Shown here in pieces: positions 7,545 to 16,573 of a stretch of DNA of 32,000 nt. Below the pieces are notes generated by a model that did no database searches, was not told the DNA's origin, and was given only the letters and a program-made list of their open reading frames with translations. Numbering within the stretch: position 1 is the stretch's first letter; every line of letters starts with the position of its first letter. The stretch spans positions 69,198 to 101,197 of the forward strand of contig JAFRKI010000009.1 of NCBI GenBank assembly GCA_017431825.1. The letters are read 5' to 3'. This stretch comes from Erysipelotrichaceae bacterium. GTDB lineage: Bacteria > Bacillota_I > Bacilli_A > Erysipelotrichales > Erysipelotrichaceae. The position numbers and the translations under genes are program-made.

Positions 7545-7683
7545 TTCAATAAGTACTTTTAAGTTATTGAACGTATAGTCTGATATAAGCCTCAATATGT
7601 TATTGAAAGGAAAAGACACAATTCCTAAAGAAAGTAAATAATCGCTGATATATGTTAAACTGTTAGAAAAAAGGGGAAAGCAT

Positions 7684-8769
7684 ATGGAAAACAGAGTATA
7701 CAACTTTGCAGCCGGACCATCGATGCTGGCAGACGATGTTCTGATCAGAATGAAGGAAGAACTTTTCAATTATAAAGATACGGGCATGTCGGTGATGGAG
7801 ATGTCACACCGTTCAAAGATCTATCTGAAGATCTTCGAAGAGACCAAGGATACCTTGAGAAGAGTCATGGATATCCCGGAAGATTACGAGATCCTTTTCA
7901 TGCATGGCGGAGCGACCGGACAGTTTGCAGCCATCGGTCTTAACATCCTTAAAGGAAACAAAGCCGACTATGTCATTACCGGCAACTTTTCCAAGAAAGC
8001 TGCTCAGGAAGCGGCAAAATACGGCGAAGTCCACATCGCTTATGATGGCAAGGACAACAACTATTCCCATATACCTCTTCAGGATGAACTGGGTCTTTCA
8101 CCCGATGCCAGGTATGTCCATATCTGTGCCAACAACACCATTTTCGGGACCGAATGGAAGTCTTTCCCTGATGTCAAAGGTAAGATACTGATCGCCGATA
8201 TGAGTTCCGATATCCTTTCAAAAAAGGTAAATGTCAAAGACTTCGGTATGATCTATGCCGGAGCCCAGAAGAATATGGGCATAGCCGGAATAGCCGTCGT
8301 CATCATCCATAAGAGCCTCATCAGCGAAGCTCTGGCGGATACGCCTGCCGTTCTTTCCTATGAACTGATGCAGAAGAACGATTCCATGTACAATACCCCG
8401 GCTACCTATCCGATCTATGTCTTAGGCAAGGTGCTGGAATGGATCGAAGAGATCGGCGGTCTTGAGGAAATGGAAAGAAGGAACAGGGCCAAGGCAGCAG
8501 TCCTCTATGACTATCTTGACTCTCAGGCTTTCTATAGACCGCATGCGGAAAAGGACAGCAGATCGCTCATGAACGTCACCTTCACGACACCTGATCCGGA
8601 ACTCGATGTCTTATTCGCAAGCGAAGCAGCCAAACAGGGTCTGGTGAACCTGAAGGGTCACAGACTGGTGGGAGGTCTCAGAGCATCGATATACAATGCG
8701 ATGCCTTTGGCAGGCGCGGAGAAACTGGTAAGCTTCATGAGGGACTTTGCGAAGGAGAACGATAAATGA
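7684..8769 (+). CDS. serC: phosphoserine aminotransferase
   Basis: MENRVYNFAAGPSMLADDVL...GAQKNMGIAG...LKGHRLVGGLRASIYNAMP are canonical SerC motifs, including the PLP Lys in AQKN. Confidence 0.9.
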   Translation: MENRVYNFAAGPSMLADDVLIRMKEELFNYKDTGMSVMEMSHRSKIYLKIFEETKDTLRRVMDIPEDYEILFMHGGATGQFAAIGLNILKGNKADYVITGNFSKKAAQEAAKYGEVHIAYDGKDNNYSHIPLQDELGLSPDARYVHICANNTIFGTEWKSFPDVKGKILIADMSSDILSKKVNVKDFGMIYAGAQKNMGIAGIAVVIIHKSLISEALADTPAVLSYELMQKNDSMYNTPATYPIYVLGKVLEWIEEIGGLEEMERRNRAKAAVLYDYLDSQAFYRPHAEKDSRSLMNVTFTTPDPELDVLFASEAAKQGLVNLKGHRLVGGLRASIYNAMPLAGAEKLVSFMRDFAKENDK

Positions 8770-9917
8770 AAGTAAGATTAGCCAACAGAATAGATGAAAA
8801 CGGACTAAAGCTCTTCGGTGAAACATATGAATACGGAGAAGACCTGAAAGATGAAGATGCGATCCTGGTAAGGAGCGCTTCCCTGCATGATTATGATCTT
8901 CCGGAAAGCCTGCTGGCCATCGCCAGAGCCGGAGCCGGAGTCAACAATATCCCGATCGATAAGTGTACCGAAAAGGGAATAGTCGTCTTCAATACACCTG
9001 GTGCCAACGCCAATGCCGTAAAGGAACTGGCTTTGTGTTCCCTGTACATGGCTTCAAGAGACATCAAGGGCGGCATCAGCTGGGAAGAGTCCCTTGAAGA
9101 TACGCCTGATTTCTCCAAGGTGATCGAAAAAGGCAAGTCGTCCTTCGTGGGTCCGGAGATATCCGGCAAGAAACTGGGAGTGATCGGACTGGGCGCCATC
9201 GGCGTACTGGTGGCCAACGCCGCCGTGAAGGAAGGCATGGAAGTATACGGCTATGATCCGTACATCTCCGTAAACTCCGCCTGGGCTTTGTCCAAGTGGG
9301 TAAAGCACGTCACCAACCTGAACGAGCTTTTAGGCGACTGTGATTATATAACCCTTCATCTTCCATGCAACGAGAAGACGAAGAATACCGTCAACAGGGA
9401 ATTCCTGGGCAGTGTTAAGAAAGGCGTAAGGCTCATCAACCTGGCCCGAGGCGAACTGGTCGATGAAGAAGCCCTGATCGATGCCTTGAATGACGGCACC
9501 GTTGCCAGATATGTAACGGACTTCGGCAGCTACCGTCTGGCACATAGCGATAACGTCGTCTGCTTTCCGCATTTGGGAGCCTCAACTCCGGAATCGGAAG
9601 AGAACTGTGCGGTCATGGCCGTCAGGGAACTTACTGATTATCTCGAAAACGGCAACATCAGCAATTCCGTAAATCTGCCGGCAGTTTCGGAACCGCGGAC
9701 CACAGCTCACAGGATCTGCGTCATCCATAAGAACGTGCCGAACATGCTGGCACAGCTGACGACGATAATCGGAAAGAATCATATCAATATCGAAAACATG
9801 GTCAACAAGGCCAAAGGCGACATCGCCTACACGATGATCGATACCGATTCCATCGTCGATGAAAAAGCCATCTATGAGGTCGACAACATCATCAGAGTAC
9901 GAGTGATAGGCCAGTAA
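8766..9917 (+). CDS. serA: D-3-phosphoglycerate dehydrogenase (2-hydroxyacid dehydrogenase with a C-terminal ACT-like domain)
   Basis: It has an ATGA overlap with serC. The NAD-binding motif is GVIGLGAIG, HLGAST carries the catalytic His, and a C-terminal roughly 70-aa regulatory domain is present. Confidence 0.85.
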   Translation: MKVRLANRIDENGLKLFGETYEYGEDLKDEDAILVRSASLHDYDLPESLLAIARAGAGVNNIPIDKCTEKGIVVFNTPGANANAVKELALCSLYMASRDIKGGISWEESLEDTPDFSKVIEKGKSSFVGPEISGKKLGVIGLGAIGVLVANAAVKEGMEVYGYDPYISVNSAWALSKWVKHVTNLNELLGDCDYITLHLPCNEKTKNTVNREFLGSVKKGVRLINLARGELVDEEALIDALNDGTVARYVTDFGSYRLAHSDNVVCFPHLGASTPESEENCAVMAVRELTDYLENGNISNSVNLPAVSEPRTTAHRICVIHKNVPNMLAQLTTIIGKNHINIENMVNKAKGDIAYTMIDTDSIVDEKAIYEVDNIIRVRVIGQ

Positions 9918-9930
9918 CAGACAAAGAAAA

Positions 9931-9960
9931 AACCGCAGTTCATCACTGCGGTTTTCATTT
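9931..9960. terminator. rho-independent terminator
   Basis: AACCGCAGT-tcatc-ACTGCGGTT is followed by TTCATTT. A-rich sequence on the 5' side makes it potentially bidirectional. Confidence 0.7.
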
Positions 9961-9964
9961 CCGA

Positions 9965-10040
9965 TGGCGGTGCATACGGGAATCGAACCCGTGATCTCCT
10001 CCGTGACAGGGAGGCATGTTAACCGCTACACCAATGCACC
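9965..10040 (-). tRNA. tRNA-Asp (GTC)
   Basis: The reverse complement folds as a cloverleaf. The acceptor stem is GGTGCAT/ATGCACC, the anticodon loop is CTGTCAC, the T-loop is GGTTCGATTCC, and the 3' CCA is encoded. Confidence 0.9.
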
Positions 10041-10149
10041 ATTACATTAGTTGCTACTTAATAATAAACTATTTTATCCCTTTATTCAAGTATGAAGAGT
10101 TTCTTTTTTTCATAAATAATGTTTTAATCAAATTGTAAAGGAAAGAGCT

Positions 10150-11031
10150 ATGGAATATACGGCTAGAAGCGAATATATCGATATATTCTTCGATGCCGTC
10201 AGTGCCGGTACCTTCGATCTGCTGATGCCGGATAATACTGATGTGATGTTTTTTGATCTGCTTTTATCCTTCGGCAATATAGCGGATGTAAATGACTTTG
10301 AATCAAGAAGAAAGGACTATCTTTCCATAGTTCCAAAGTTCCATGACAAAGCCATCACCGATAATATCTGGTGGGGAAGCTTTGCGAGAAACAATGGGAT
10401 CGACAGGCTGAGATCATCCGGTTCCAAGATCAGGATCTGGGCCAGCAAGAGAGCTTCCGATGATCTGTGCGGACTTTATTATCTCTGCAGCGAATTGACG
10501 GACAATGATCTGTATCTCGTCGATATTCCGATGAACGGCGACAGCAGAGTCAACTACAACGATGTGATCTGTTACCTCAGCGGCAACTCGGACGGAACCT
10601 TCAATATGATAGATCCAAGCGAAAAGGAAGCGGAATACTACAATGATTTCCATAAGGGCATCATCTTCAATCGAATAAATGACGACAAAAAGAAAGAGTA
10701 CGCAGATAAGTGGCGGAAACTCGTGGAAGAGAACTCTGACTTAAGAACATATGACAGGGGAGTGGTGACATCCTATTACTATGATGACTACTATGATGTA
10801 CTGCTGAGGATGACCGGCAGTAAGCAGTTCCTTAAATACAGTTCCGCTCCCGAGTTTCTCATATCCCTCAATGCTTCATACGATCTCAATATCTGGCAGA
10901 TACAGGCCACCATATCCGATATGGCTGATAAAGGAGCCTTCATGGTACTGGGAGAACTGGAGATCGATCCCGGTGCACCGGCTACCGATTACTATCTCAT
11001 AGCCAACAAGAACTACAGCACCAGAAACTGA
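10150..11031 (+). CDS. hypothetical protein, DUF1835/DUF3658-like
   Basis: KIRIWASKRASDDLCGLYYLCSEL and ADKWRKLVEENSDLRTYDRGVVTSYYYDDYYDVLL resemble the DUF1835 and DUF3658 signature regions. The function is unknown. Confidence 0.4.
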   Translation: MEYTARSEYIDIFFDAVSAGTFDLLMPDNTDVMFFDLLLSFGNIADVNDFESRRKDYLSIVPKFHDKAITDNIWWGSFARNNGIDRLRSSGSKIRIWASKRASDDLCGLYYLCSELTDNDLYLVDIPMNGDSRVNYNDVICYLSGNSDGTFNMIDPSEKEAEYYNDFHKGIIFNRINDDKKKEYADKWRKLVEENSDLRTYDRGVVTSYYYDDYYDVLLRMTGSKQFLKYSSAPEFLISLNASYDLNIWQIQATISDMADKGAFMVLGELEIDPGAPATDYYLIANKNYSTRN

Positions 11032-11052
11032 TATCCGATATGCAGCAAAACA

Positions 11053-11080
11053 AAAGCATTCCCTACGGAATGCTTTATTT
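11053..11080. terminator. rho-independent terminator
   Basis: AAAGCATTCC-ctac-GGAATGCTTT forms a perfect 10-bp stem followed by ATTT. Confidence 0.7.
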
Positions 11081-11084
11081 CTGA

Positions 11085-11158
11085 TGGAGCAGATGAAGGG
11101 AATCGAACCCTCGTGTCGACCTTGGCAAGGTCGCGTTCTACCATTGAACTACATCTGC
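11085..11158 (-). tRNA. tRNA-Gly (GCC)
   Basis: The reverse complement is GCAGATGTAGTTCAATGGTAGAAC...TTGCCAA...GGTTCGATTCCC...CATCTGCTCCA. The anticodon is GCC. Confidence 0.9.
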
Positions 11159-11164
11159 AGATTC

Positions 11165-11256
11165 TGGCGAAGATGGAGGGATTTGAACCCTCGCGCCGGA
11201 TAACCCGACCTAAGGCCTTAGCAGGGCCTCCTCTTCAGCCACTTGAGTACATCTTC
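11165..11256 (-). tRNA. tRNA-Ser (GCT)
   Basis: The reverse complement starts GAAGATGTACTCAAGTGG. The anticodon loop is CTGCTAA, a long variable arm is present, the T-loop is GGTTCAAATCC, and CCA is encoded. Confidence 0.9.
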
Positions 11257-11373
11257 ATGCCAACGCTTAAGCCAGATATTTGGTGCTTTCTAATTATACA
11301 CAGATATATCTTTTTTTACAAGATACAATATTCAAATTATCATTATCCAGTTTAAAGAGTGTAGAATGAACTT

Positions 11374-12312
11374 ATGAAAGTATTTGATATGCATGCCGAT
11401 ATGGGCACCAATTTCTATGAAAGACAGCTTAACGGAGAGAAGGATGTCTTCAGGAACTACAATAAGAACAACCTTAACGAAGGCGAAGTCAGAGGGGTCT
11501 TCACGGCCTGTTTCTTTGAAGGCAGGGAAGACTGGGACTATATGCAGAAGATGATAGAGTTCTGCAATCAGGAAATCAGTTCCAACAGCGACGTCCTAAG
11601 ACAGGTGAAAAGCAGGGAAGATCTGATCGAAGACGACAAGACCCTGGCCGTCATATCCGTTGAAGGAATGTGCGGAGTAAGAGACCATGCCGATGAAAAG
11701 GTAGAGTGGATGTATGAACACGGTGTTAGAGTGGCATCTCTGGTGTGGAATGAGTCCAACGCCCTGGCCAACGGCTGGAAGCAGGATCCTTTAAGAGGCC
11801 TCAGTGAAGAAGGCTTCAAGGCTGTCAGGAAGATGAACGAGCTGAAGATGGTGATCGATGTTTCCCATATCAATGAGAAGGGTTTCTGGGACGTGATAAG
11901 CACGAGTGAAAGACCGATCATCGCCACCCATTCCAACTGTAGAAAGCTCTGCAGCCATCAGCGGAATCTCACTGACCAGCAGATCAGGGCCATAGCCTCA
12001 AGAGGAGGTCTTATCGGTCTTAATGCCTGTGCTCATTTCATCAGTGAAGACGTCAGTAAGCAGACTTCTCTTGAACTTGCAGAACATGCCCGTTATATGG
12101 CCGATCTTGTGGGTGTTGAGCATATCGCCTGCGGCTTTGACTACATGGACTTCCTGATCGGTGACTACAGCGATGATATGGCTAAGGACATGACCAACGC
12201 TTCCTATACCCAGAATCTCATCAGATCGCTTAAGGAAGTCGGTTTCAGCGATGAAGAAACTGCAGCTATTGCGTTCTATAATGTCTTCAATTTCTTAAAG
12301 AAAGAATTATAG
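11374..12312 (+). CDS. membrane dipeptidase (peptidase family M19)
   Basis: VFDMHADMG, SVEGM, VASLVWNESN, IDVSHINEKGFWD and IATHSNCRKLC are M19 renal-dipeptidase-type metal-ligand motifs. Confidence 0.8.
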   Translation: MKVFDMHADMGTNFYERQLNGEKDVFRNYNKNNLNEGEVRGVFTACFFEGREDWDYMQKMIEFCNQEISSNSDVLRQVKSREDLIEDDKTLAVISVEGMCGVRDHADEKVEWMYEHGVRVASLVWNESNALANGWKQDPLRGLSEEGFKAVRKMNELKMVIDVSHINEKGFWDVISTSERPIIATHSNCRKLCSHQRNLTDQQIRAIASRGGLIGLNACAHFISEDVSKQTSLELAEHARYMADLVGVEHIACGFDYMDFLIGDYSDDMAKDMTNASYTQNLIRSLKEVGFSDEETAAIAFYNVFNFLKKEL

Positions 12313-12326
12313 AGTATAATTTAAAC

Positions 12327-12812
12327 ATGGCTATCGCAAGATTTGAAAAGGTATCCAGGGAGCAGTTCACCAAGGATCTTAAGGAACTTCTGGGCAGTGA
12401 AGATGAGTTTTATGATGACATCATCCTGCCTGTAAGAGCCACTAAGGGTTCGGCCGGCTATGACTTCAGCAGTCCTGTCGATGTCACCTTAAGACCGGGC
12501 GAAATGGTCAAGGTACCAAGCGGCATAAGATGCTGCATCGAGGAAGGCTATGTCCTTCACATCTATCCCCGCTCTTCCTTGGGCTTTAAATACCAGCTCA
12601 GCTTAGCCAATACCACCGGCATCATCGATGCCGACTACTACAACGCCCTCAATGAAGGGCACATCATCGTCGCTCTGGTAAACAGAGGTAATAAGGACAT
12701 CGTCATTAAGAAAGGCGAACGTTTCGTCCAGGGCATCTTCCTTAAGTTCTATACGGCTGAGGAAGAGGAAGTGACGAACGTACGGACAGGAGGCTTTGGT
12801 TCCAGTAACTGA
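12327..12812 (+). CDS. dut: dUTP diphosphatase
   Basis: RATKGSAGYDF, IYPRSSLG, GIIDADYY and the C-terminal RTGGFGSS are the trimeric dUTPase motifs. Confidence 0.85.
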   Translation: MAIARFEKVSREQFTKDLKELLGSEDEFYDDIILPVRATKGSAGYDFSSPVDVTLRPGEMVKVPSGIRCCIEEGYVLHIYPRSSLGFKYQLSLANTTGIIDADYYNALNEGHIIVALVNRGNKDIVIKKGERFVQGIFLKFYTAEEEEVTNVRTGGFGSSN

Positions 12813-12814
12813 AT

Positions 12815-12890
12815 GCGCCTGTAGCTCAATGGATAGAGTGTTTGATTCCGATTCAAAAGGCTGTAGGTTCGATTCCTATCAGGCGCGCCA
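12815..12890 (+). tRNA. tRNA-Arg (CCG)
   Basis: GCGCCTGTAGCTCAATGGATAGAG...TTCCGAT...GGTTCGATTCC...CAGGCGCGCCA. The anticodon is CCG. Confidence 0.9.
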
Positions 12891-12899
12891 TTTGTTTAT

Positions 12900-13364
12900 A
12901 TGATCAGAAAAGCAGAATTGAAAGACTATGAAGGCATCAGGGACCTCCTGTTTCAGGTACAGGACGTGCATGCGGCAGGAAGACCCGATATCTTCAAAAG
13001 GGGAGCCAAGAAGTTCTCCGACGTCGAATTAAGGGAAATACTCAAAGGTAAGGGACTTACCTTCTTTGTCTATGAGAAGGATGAGGAGATACTGGGTTAT
13101 GTCTGCGTGGAACTTAAGGAGACCAGGGAATCGGATTCCCTGTTCCAAAGAAGAGAGCTCTATATCGAAGACCTCTGCGTCGACATGTTCCATCGCCGGG
13201 AAGGCATAGCCACCAAGCTTCTTGATTATGTGACGAAACTTGCGAAAAAGAAGGAATGCGACTGCCTGACACTGAACGTCTGGGAACTCAATGAAGAAGC
13301 CAAGCAGTTCTATGAAGCCAGAGGCATGTTTCCTTTAAAGACGATAATGGAAAAGATACTCTAG
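12900..13364 (+). CDS. GNAT-family N-acetyltransferase
   Basis: The protein is 154 aa. LCVDMFHRREGIATKLLDYV matches the acetyl-CoA-binding Q/RxxGxG/A motif of GNAT enzymes. Confidence 0.75.
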   Translation: MIRKAELKDYEGIRDLLFQVQDVHAAGRPDIFKRGAKKFSDVELREILKGKGLTFFVYEKDEEILGYVCVELKETRESDSLFQRRELYIEDLCVDMFHRREGIATKLLDYVTKLAKKKECDCLTLNVWELNEEAKQFYEARGMFPLKTIMEKIL

Positions 13365-13378
13365 AAGGGGGAATATAT

Positions 13379-14752
13379 ATGAAAACAGCATGGTCACAGT
13401 ACAAGGGTGCCAAGATGCAGGCTCTGATGGATCTTTCAGATGACTACAAAGCATTTTTAAGCGCATCCAAGACCGAAAGAGAAGCCGTCAGGAATTCGAT
13501 CTCTCTGGCTAAGAAAGCCGGATTCAAGGATCTGAAGAAAGCCGAGAGCGTAAAGCCGGGCGACAAGCTCTACTACGATAACCGCGGCAAATCGCTGGTG
13601 CTCTTCGTTGTCGGAAAAGAAAAACTGGAAAAAGGCATGAACATCCTTGGTGCCCATATCGATTCGCCAAGACTCGACTTAAAGCAGAATCCTTTATATG
13701 AAGACGGAGGACTGGCCCTGTTCGATACGCACTATTACGGCGGTATCAAGAAATACCAGTGGGTAGCTCAGCCGATGGCCTTACACGGTGTCGTCTGCAG
13801 AAAAGACGGCAGCAAAGTCGAGATCGTTATCGGTGAAAAGGACAGCGATCCGGTAGTCGGCATCTCCGACCTGCTGATACATCTGGCAGCCGATCAGATG
13901 GCCAAGACCGGCGCCAAGGTCATCGAAGGCGAAGACCTCAACGTCTGTGTCGGTTCGATTCCTGTATCAGGCAAAAAGGAAGAGAAGGATCCGGTAAAGG
14001 CCAACATCCTCAAGCTCTTAAAGAAGGAATACGACATCGAAGAAGACGACTTCGTTTCTGCCGAACTGGAAATAGTTCCTGCCGGCAAGGCCAGAGACTA
14101 CGGCCTCGACAGATCGATGGTGATCGGCTACGGTCATGACGACAGGATCTGTGCCTATACTTCCTTAAGGGCTATCCTTGAGATGTCCAAGCCATCAAGG
14201 ACCAGCTGCTGCATCCTTTCCGATAAGGAAGAAGTAGGATCCCAGGGCAATACCGGTATGCAGAGCAGATCGTTCGAAAACACCATCGCCGAGCTGATGG
14301 CCAAGAAGGGCGAGTACAGTGAGCTCTCGCTCAGAAGATGCCTGACCAATTCCTACATGCTATCAAGCGATGTCAGCGCTGCCTTCGATCCTAACTATCC
14401 GAGCGCTTCCTCACCTAACAACAACAACGCCTACTTCGGCCGGGGCATCGTCTTCAACAAGTATACCGGTGCCAGAGGCAAGGGCGGTTCCAATGACGCC
14501 AATCCGGAATACATCGCCAAGATCAGAAAGGTCATGGACGACAACAAGGTCGCCTTCCAGACTTCCGAACTGGGCAAGGTCGATCAGGGAGGCGGCGGTA
14601 CCATCGCCTACATCCTGGCCAACCTCGACGTCGAAGTGATCGATGCGGGCATCGCTCTTCATAATATGCATGCCTGCTACGAGATTGCTTCCAAAGTCGA
14701 TATCTATGAAGCCTACCGGGCTTATGTGGCTTTCCTGAAAGATATTAAATAA
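13379..14752 (+). CDS. M18-family aminopeptidase
   Basis: GAHIDSPRLDLK, GYGHDDRICAY, SDKEEVGS and ALHNMHA are metal-ligand motifs of the M18 (aspartyl aminopeptidase-like) family. Confidence 0.8.
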   Translation: MKTAWSQYKGAKMQALMDLSDDYKAFLSASKTEREAVRNSISLAKKAGFKDLKKAESVKPGDKLYYDNRGKSLVLFVVGKEKLEKGMNILGAHIDSPRLDLKQNPLYEDGGLALFDTHYYGGIKKYQWVAQPMALHGVVCRKDGSKVEIVIGEKDSDPVVGISDLLIHLAADQMAKTGAKVIEGEDLNVCVGSIPVSGKKEEKDPVKANILKLLKKEYDIEEDDFVSAELEIVPAGKARDYGLDRSMVIGYGHDDRICAYTSLRAILEMSKPSRTSCCILSDKEEVGSQGNTGMQSRSFENTIAELMAKKGEYSELSLRRCLTNSYMLSSDVSAAFDPNYPSASSPNNNNAYFGRGIVFNKYTGARGKGGSNDANPEYIAKIRKVMDDNKVAFQTSELGKVDQGGGGTIAYILANLDVEVIDAGIALHNMHACYEIASKVDIYEAYRAYVAFLKDIK

Positions 14753-14755
14753 GTA

Positions 14756-14779
14756 AAAGGTTCGTAAAGAACCTTTTTT
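14756..14779 (+). terminator. rho-independent terminator
   Basis: AAAGGTTC-gtaaa-GAACCTTT is followed by a T-run. Confidence 0.7.
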
Positions 14780-14795
14780 GGTAGAATGTAATTGT

Positions 14796-16448
14796 ATGAA
14801 AAAGAAGAAAAAGAACTTACTGACACTGTTCATCATCCTGCTGCTGCTGGTACTTGCTTCAGGCGCCTATCTCCTGTTCTTCATGGATGCCAAAGGCAAG
14901 ACGACGCCGATGTATCTGGCAAGCGACGATCCTCTCGCCACGGTCATCGACAAGGAAGGCAACGAGTTTACCTTTACCAGAGGAAAGGAAGTCGAAGCTT
15001 CCGCCAAAACGAAGAAGATAGATGAACAGGAATACGTCAGGATCTATATCGATGATGAAGAATACTATGTTTTAAGCGACTTTTTAGTTGAAGACAAGGA
15101 AGCTGCCGTACTGGAGAAAGATCTCTGGGTCTATCGGACCTGCAGCGTCTATGCGGGACCTGAAGGAAGCGGACTGAACGGTCTTATCTATAAAGGGGAA
15201 GGCATCACCGTAACTTCCCATTCGCCTTTGAAGGACGACGGTACCGTCGACCGCTACGGATATGACGGCGGCTATATCCTTAGCAAATATCTGACTGATG
15301 ATGAGGATTATGCCAAAACGCCTTATGAATCGCATTTCATCAACGATACGGAAGATCCTTACGGTGCCGGCAGTGCCGCCACTCTTGACTATTATCCTAA
15401 TGAGAAACCGTCATTTGAAGACAACGTCATGCCGGAAGTATGCAAGGCTCTTTACATCAATACCGAAGCCCTTTATGATATCGAAGATTATATCGATTAT
15501 GCGCTGACCACCAACGTCAACACTTTCGTTATCGATATCAGGGACTCCCATATCGTATCCTACGCTTCACCTATAATGGAGAAGTATTCCCCAAGCAGTT
15601 ATGCAGCCGGCCAGTTCACCAAGGCCGAGTTCACTGAAAAGGTAAAGAAGTGTAAGGATGCCGGTCTTTATGTGGTAGCCAGGATAACGGTCTTCAAGGA
15701 TTCCAACTTCATGAACGACCATCCGGAATATGCGATACTCGACAAGAACGACGACATGCGTCCGTTCCAGTACGGCAGTGCCTACTGGCCTAGCGGATAC
15801 TGCCGCAATGTCTGGGAATACAACGTCGAGCTTTCCAAAGAAGCCATCACCGACATCGGTTTCAATGAGATCCAGTATGACTATGTCAGATTCCCGGAAC
15901 AGATCGACTACTTTGCGGATGTGCTGAATGCGCTTGATCTGCAGAACACCTATGATGAGACCAGATCCGAAGCCATCCAGCGTTTCCTGATGTATGCGAC
16001 GGATGAAGTGCACAGCGTCGGCGGCTATGTATCGGCTGACGTCTTCGGCGAGACTTCGGAAGGCTACGTCTGTGCCTACGGCCAGTTCCTTCCGGCTATC
16101 TCCAACGTGGTAGATGTCGTATCGCCGATGCCTTATCCTGATCACTTCTCTCCTCATGCCTACGGCATTACGGAAGTCGTCTGGGAAGTTCCATACAAGC
16201 TGCTGATAAACTGGGGCAAGCATACCAGGGAATGCCAGGAAACGATACCGACACCGGCCAAGGTCAGGACCTATATCCAGGGCTACAATTCCATCTATGA
16301 ACCGTTCGTCTTCTATGACAACGCCAAGCTCGACGAACAGATCAGAGCTCTGATCGACAGCGGCATCTATGACGGTTACATCGTCTGGAACTCCGGCAGT
16401 TATATCGATACCTATCAGCTGTTCAGGGAAGCGCTGTCCAAGTATTAA
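14796..16448 (+). CDS. membrane-anchored putative glycoside hydrolase (DUF4015 / GHL-type TIM barrel)
   Basis: The ATG at 14796 gives MKKKKKNLLTLFIILLLLVLASG, a signal anchor. An SH3b-like stretch follows, then the catalytic-type region FVIDIRD...GFNEIQYDYVRFP typical of DUF4015. Confidence 0.6.
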   Translation: MKKKKKNLLTLFIILLLLVLASGAYLLFFMDAKGKTTPMYLASDDPLATVIDKEGNEFTFTRGKEVEASAKTKKIDEQEYVRIYIDDEEYYVLSDFLVEDKEAAVLEKDLWVYRTCSVYAGPEGSGLNGLIYKGEGITVTSHSPLKDDGTVDRYGYDGGYILSKYLTDDEDYAKTPYESHFINDTEDPYGAGSAATLDYYPNEKPSFEDNVMPEVCKALYINTEALYDIEDYIDYALTTNVNTFVIDIRDSHIVSYASPIMEKYSPSSYAAGQFTKAEFTEKVKKCKDAGLYVVARITVFKDSNFMNDHPEYAILDKNDDMRPFQYGSAYWPSGYCRNVWEYNVELSKEAITDIGFNEIQYDYVRFPEQIDYFADVLNALDLQNTYDETRSEAIQRFLMYATDEVHSVGGYVSADVFGETSEGYVCAYGQFLPAISNVVDVVSPMPYPDHFSPHAYGITEVVWEVPYKLLINWGKHTRECQETIPTPAKVRTYIQGYNSIYEPFVFYDNAKLDEQIRALIDSGIYDGYIVWNSGSYIDTYQLFREALSKY

Positions 16449-16474
16449 ATACATGTCCTTATAATAAAGAACAG

Positions 16475-16506
16475 CGGTCATCAGAAATGATGGCCGTTTT
16501 TATTTT
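16475..16506 (+). terminator. rho-independent terminator
   Basis: CGGTCATC-agaaat-GATGGCCG (one G-U pair) is followed by TTTTTATTTT. Confidence 0.65.
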
Positions 16507-16573
16507 CTGAAAAATAATTTAGGAAAATCATTAAAACCTGTCAATAAAGAAGTAGGGGAAAGAAAGGAGAAAC

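Noticed and set aside
1042-7683. Mobile element (integrase, transposase, inverted or direct terminal repeats) bounding the AT-rich island
   Set aside because: No recombinase-like ORF is present on either strand. I could not find matching repeats at the two borders by eye, so I report only a compositional island and not a defined mobile element.
7347-7769. ORFs at 7347-7562 (+) and 7542-7769 (-) in the TA/serC intergenic region
   Set aside because: The first is antisense to the extended toxin reading frame. The second spans the serC promoter, RBS and start. Neither has a convincing RBS or any motif, and the region is better explained as operator and promoter DNA.
11113-11355. 80-aa + strand ORF
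   Set aside because: It lies antisense over tRNA-Gly and tRNA-Ser(GCT), so it is an artefact of the structured, GC-rich tRNA sequence.
15567-16481. 304-aa minus-strand ORF
   Set aside because: It lies almost entirely antisense within the well-supported DUF4015 hydrolase-like gene. Its Arg/Val/Asp-rich, low-complexity composition is typical of antisense frames in GC-richer genes. The same reasoning rejects the other antisense ORFs in the track, such as 592-1062, 8891-9308, 11568-11936, 14411-14836, 22289-22615, 22910-23299 and 25706-26143.
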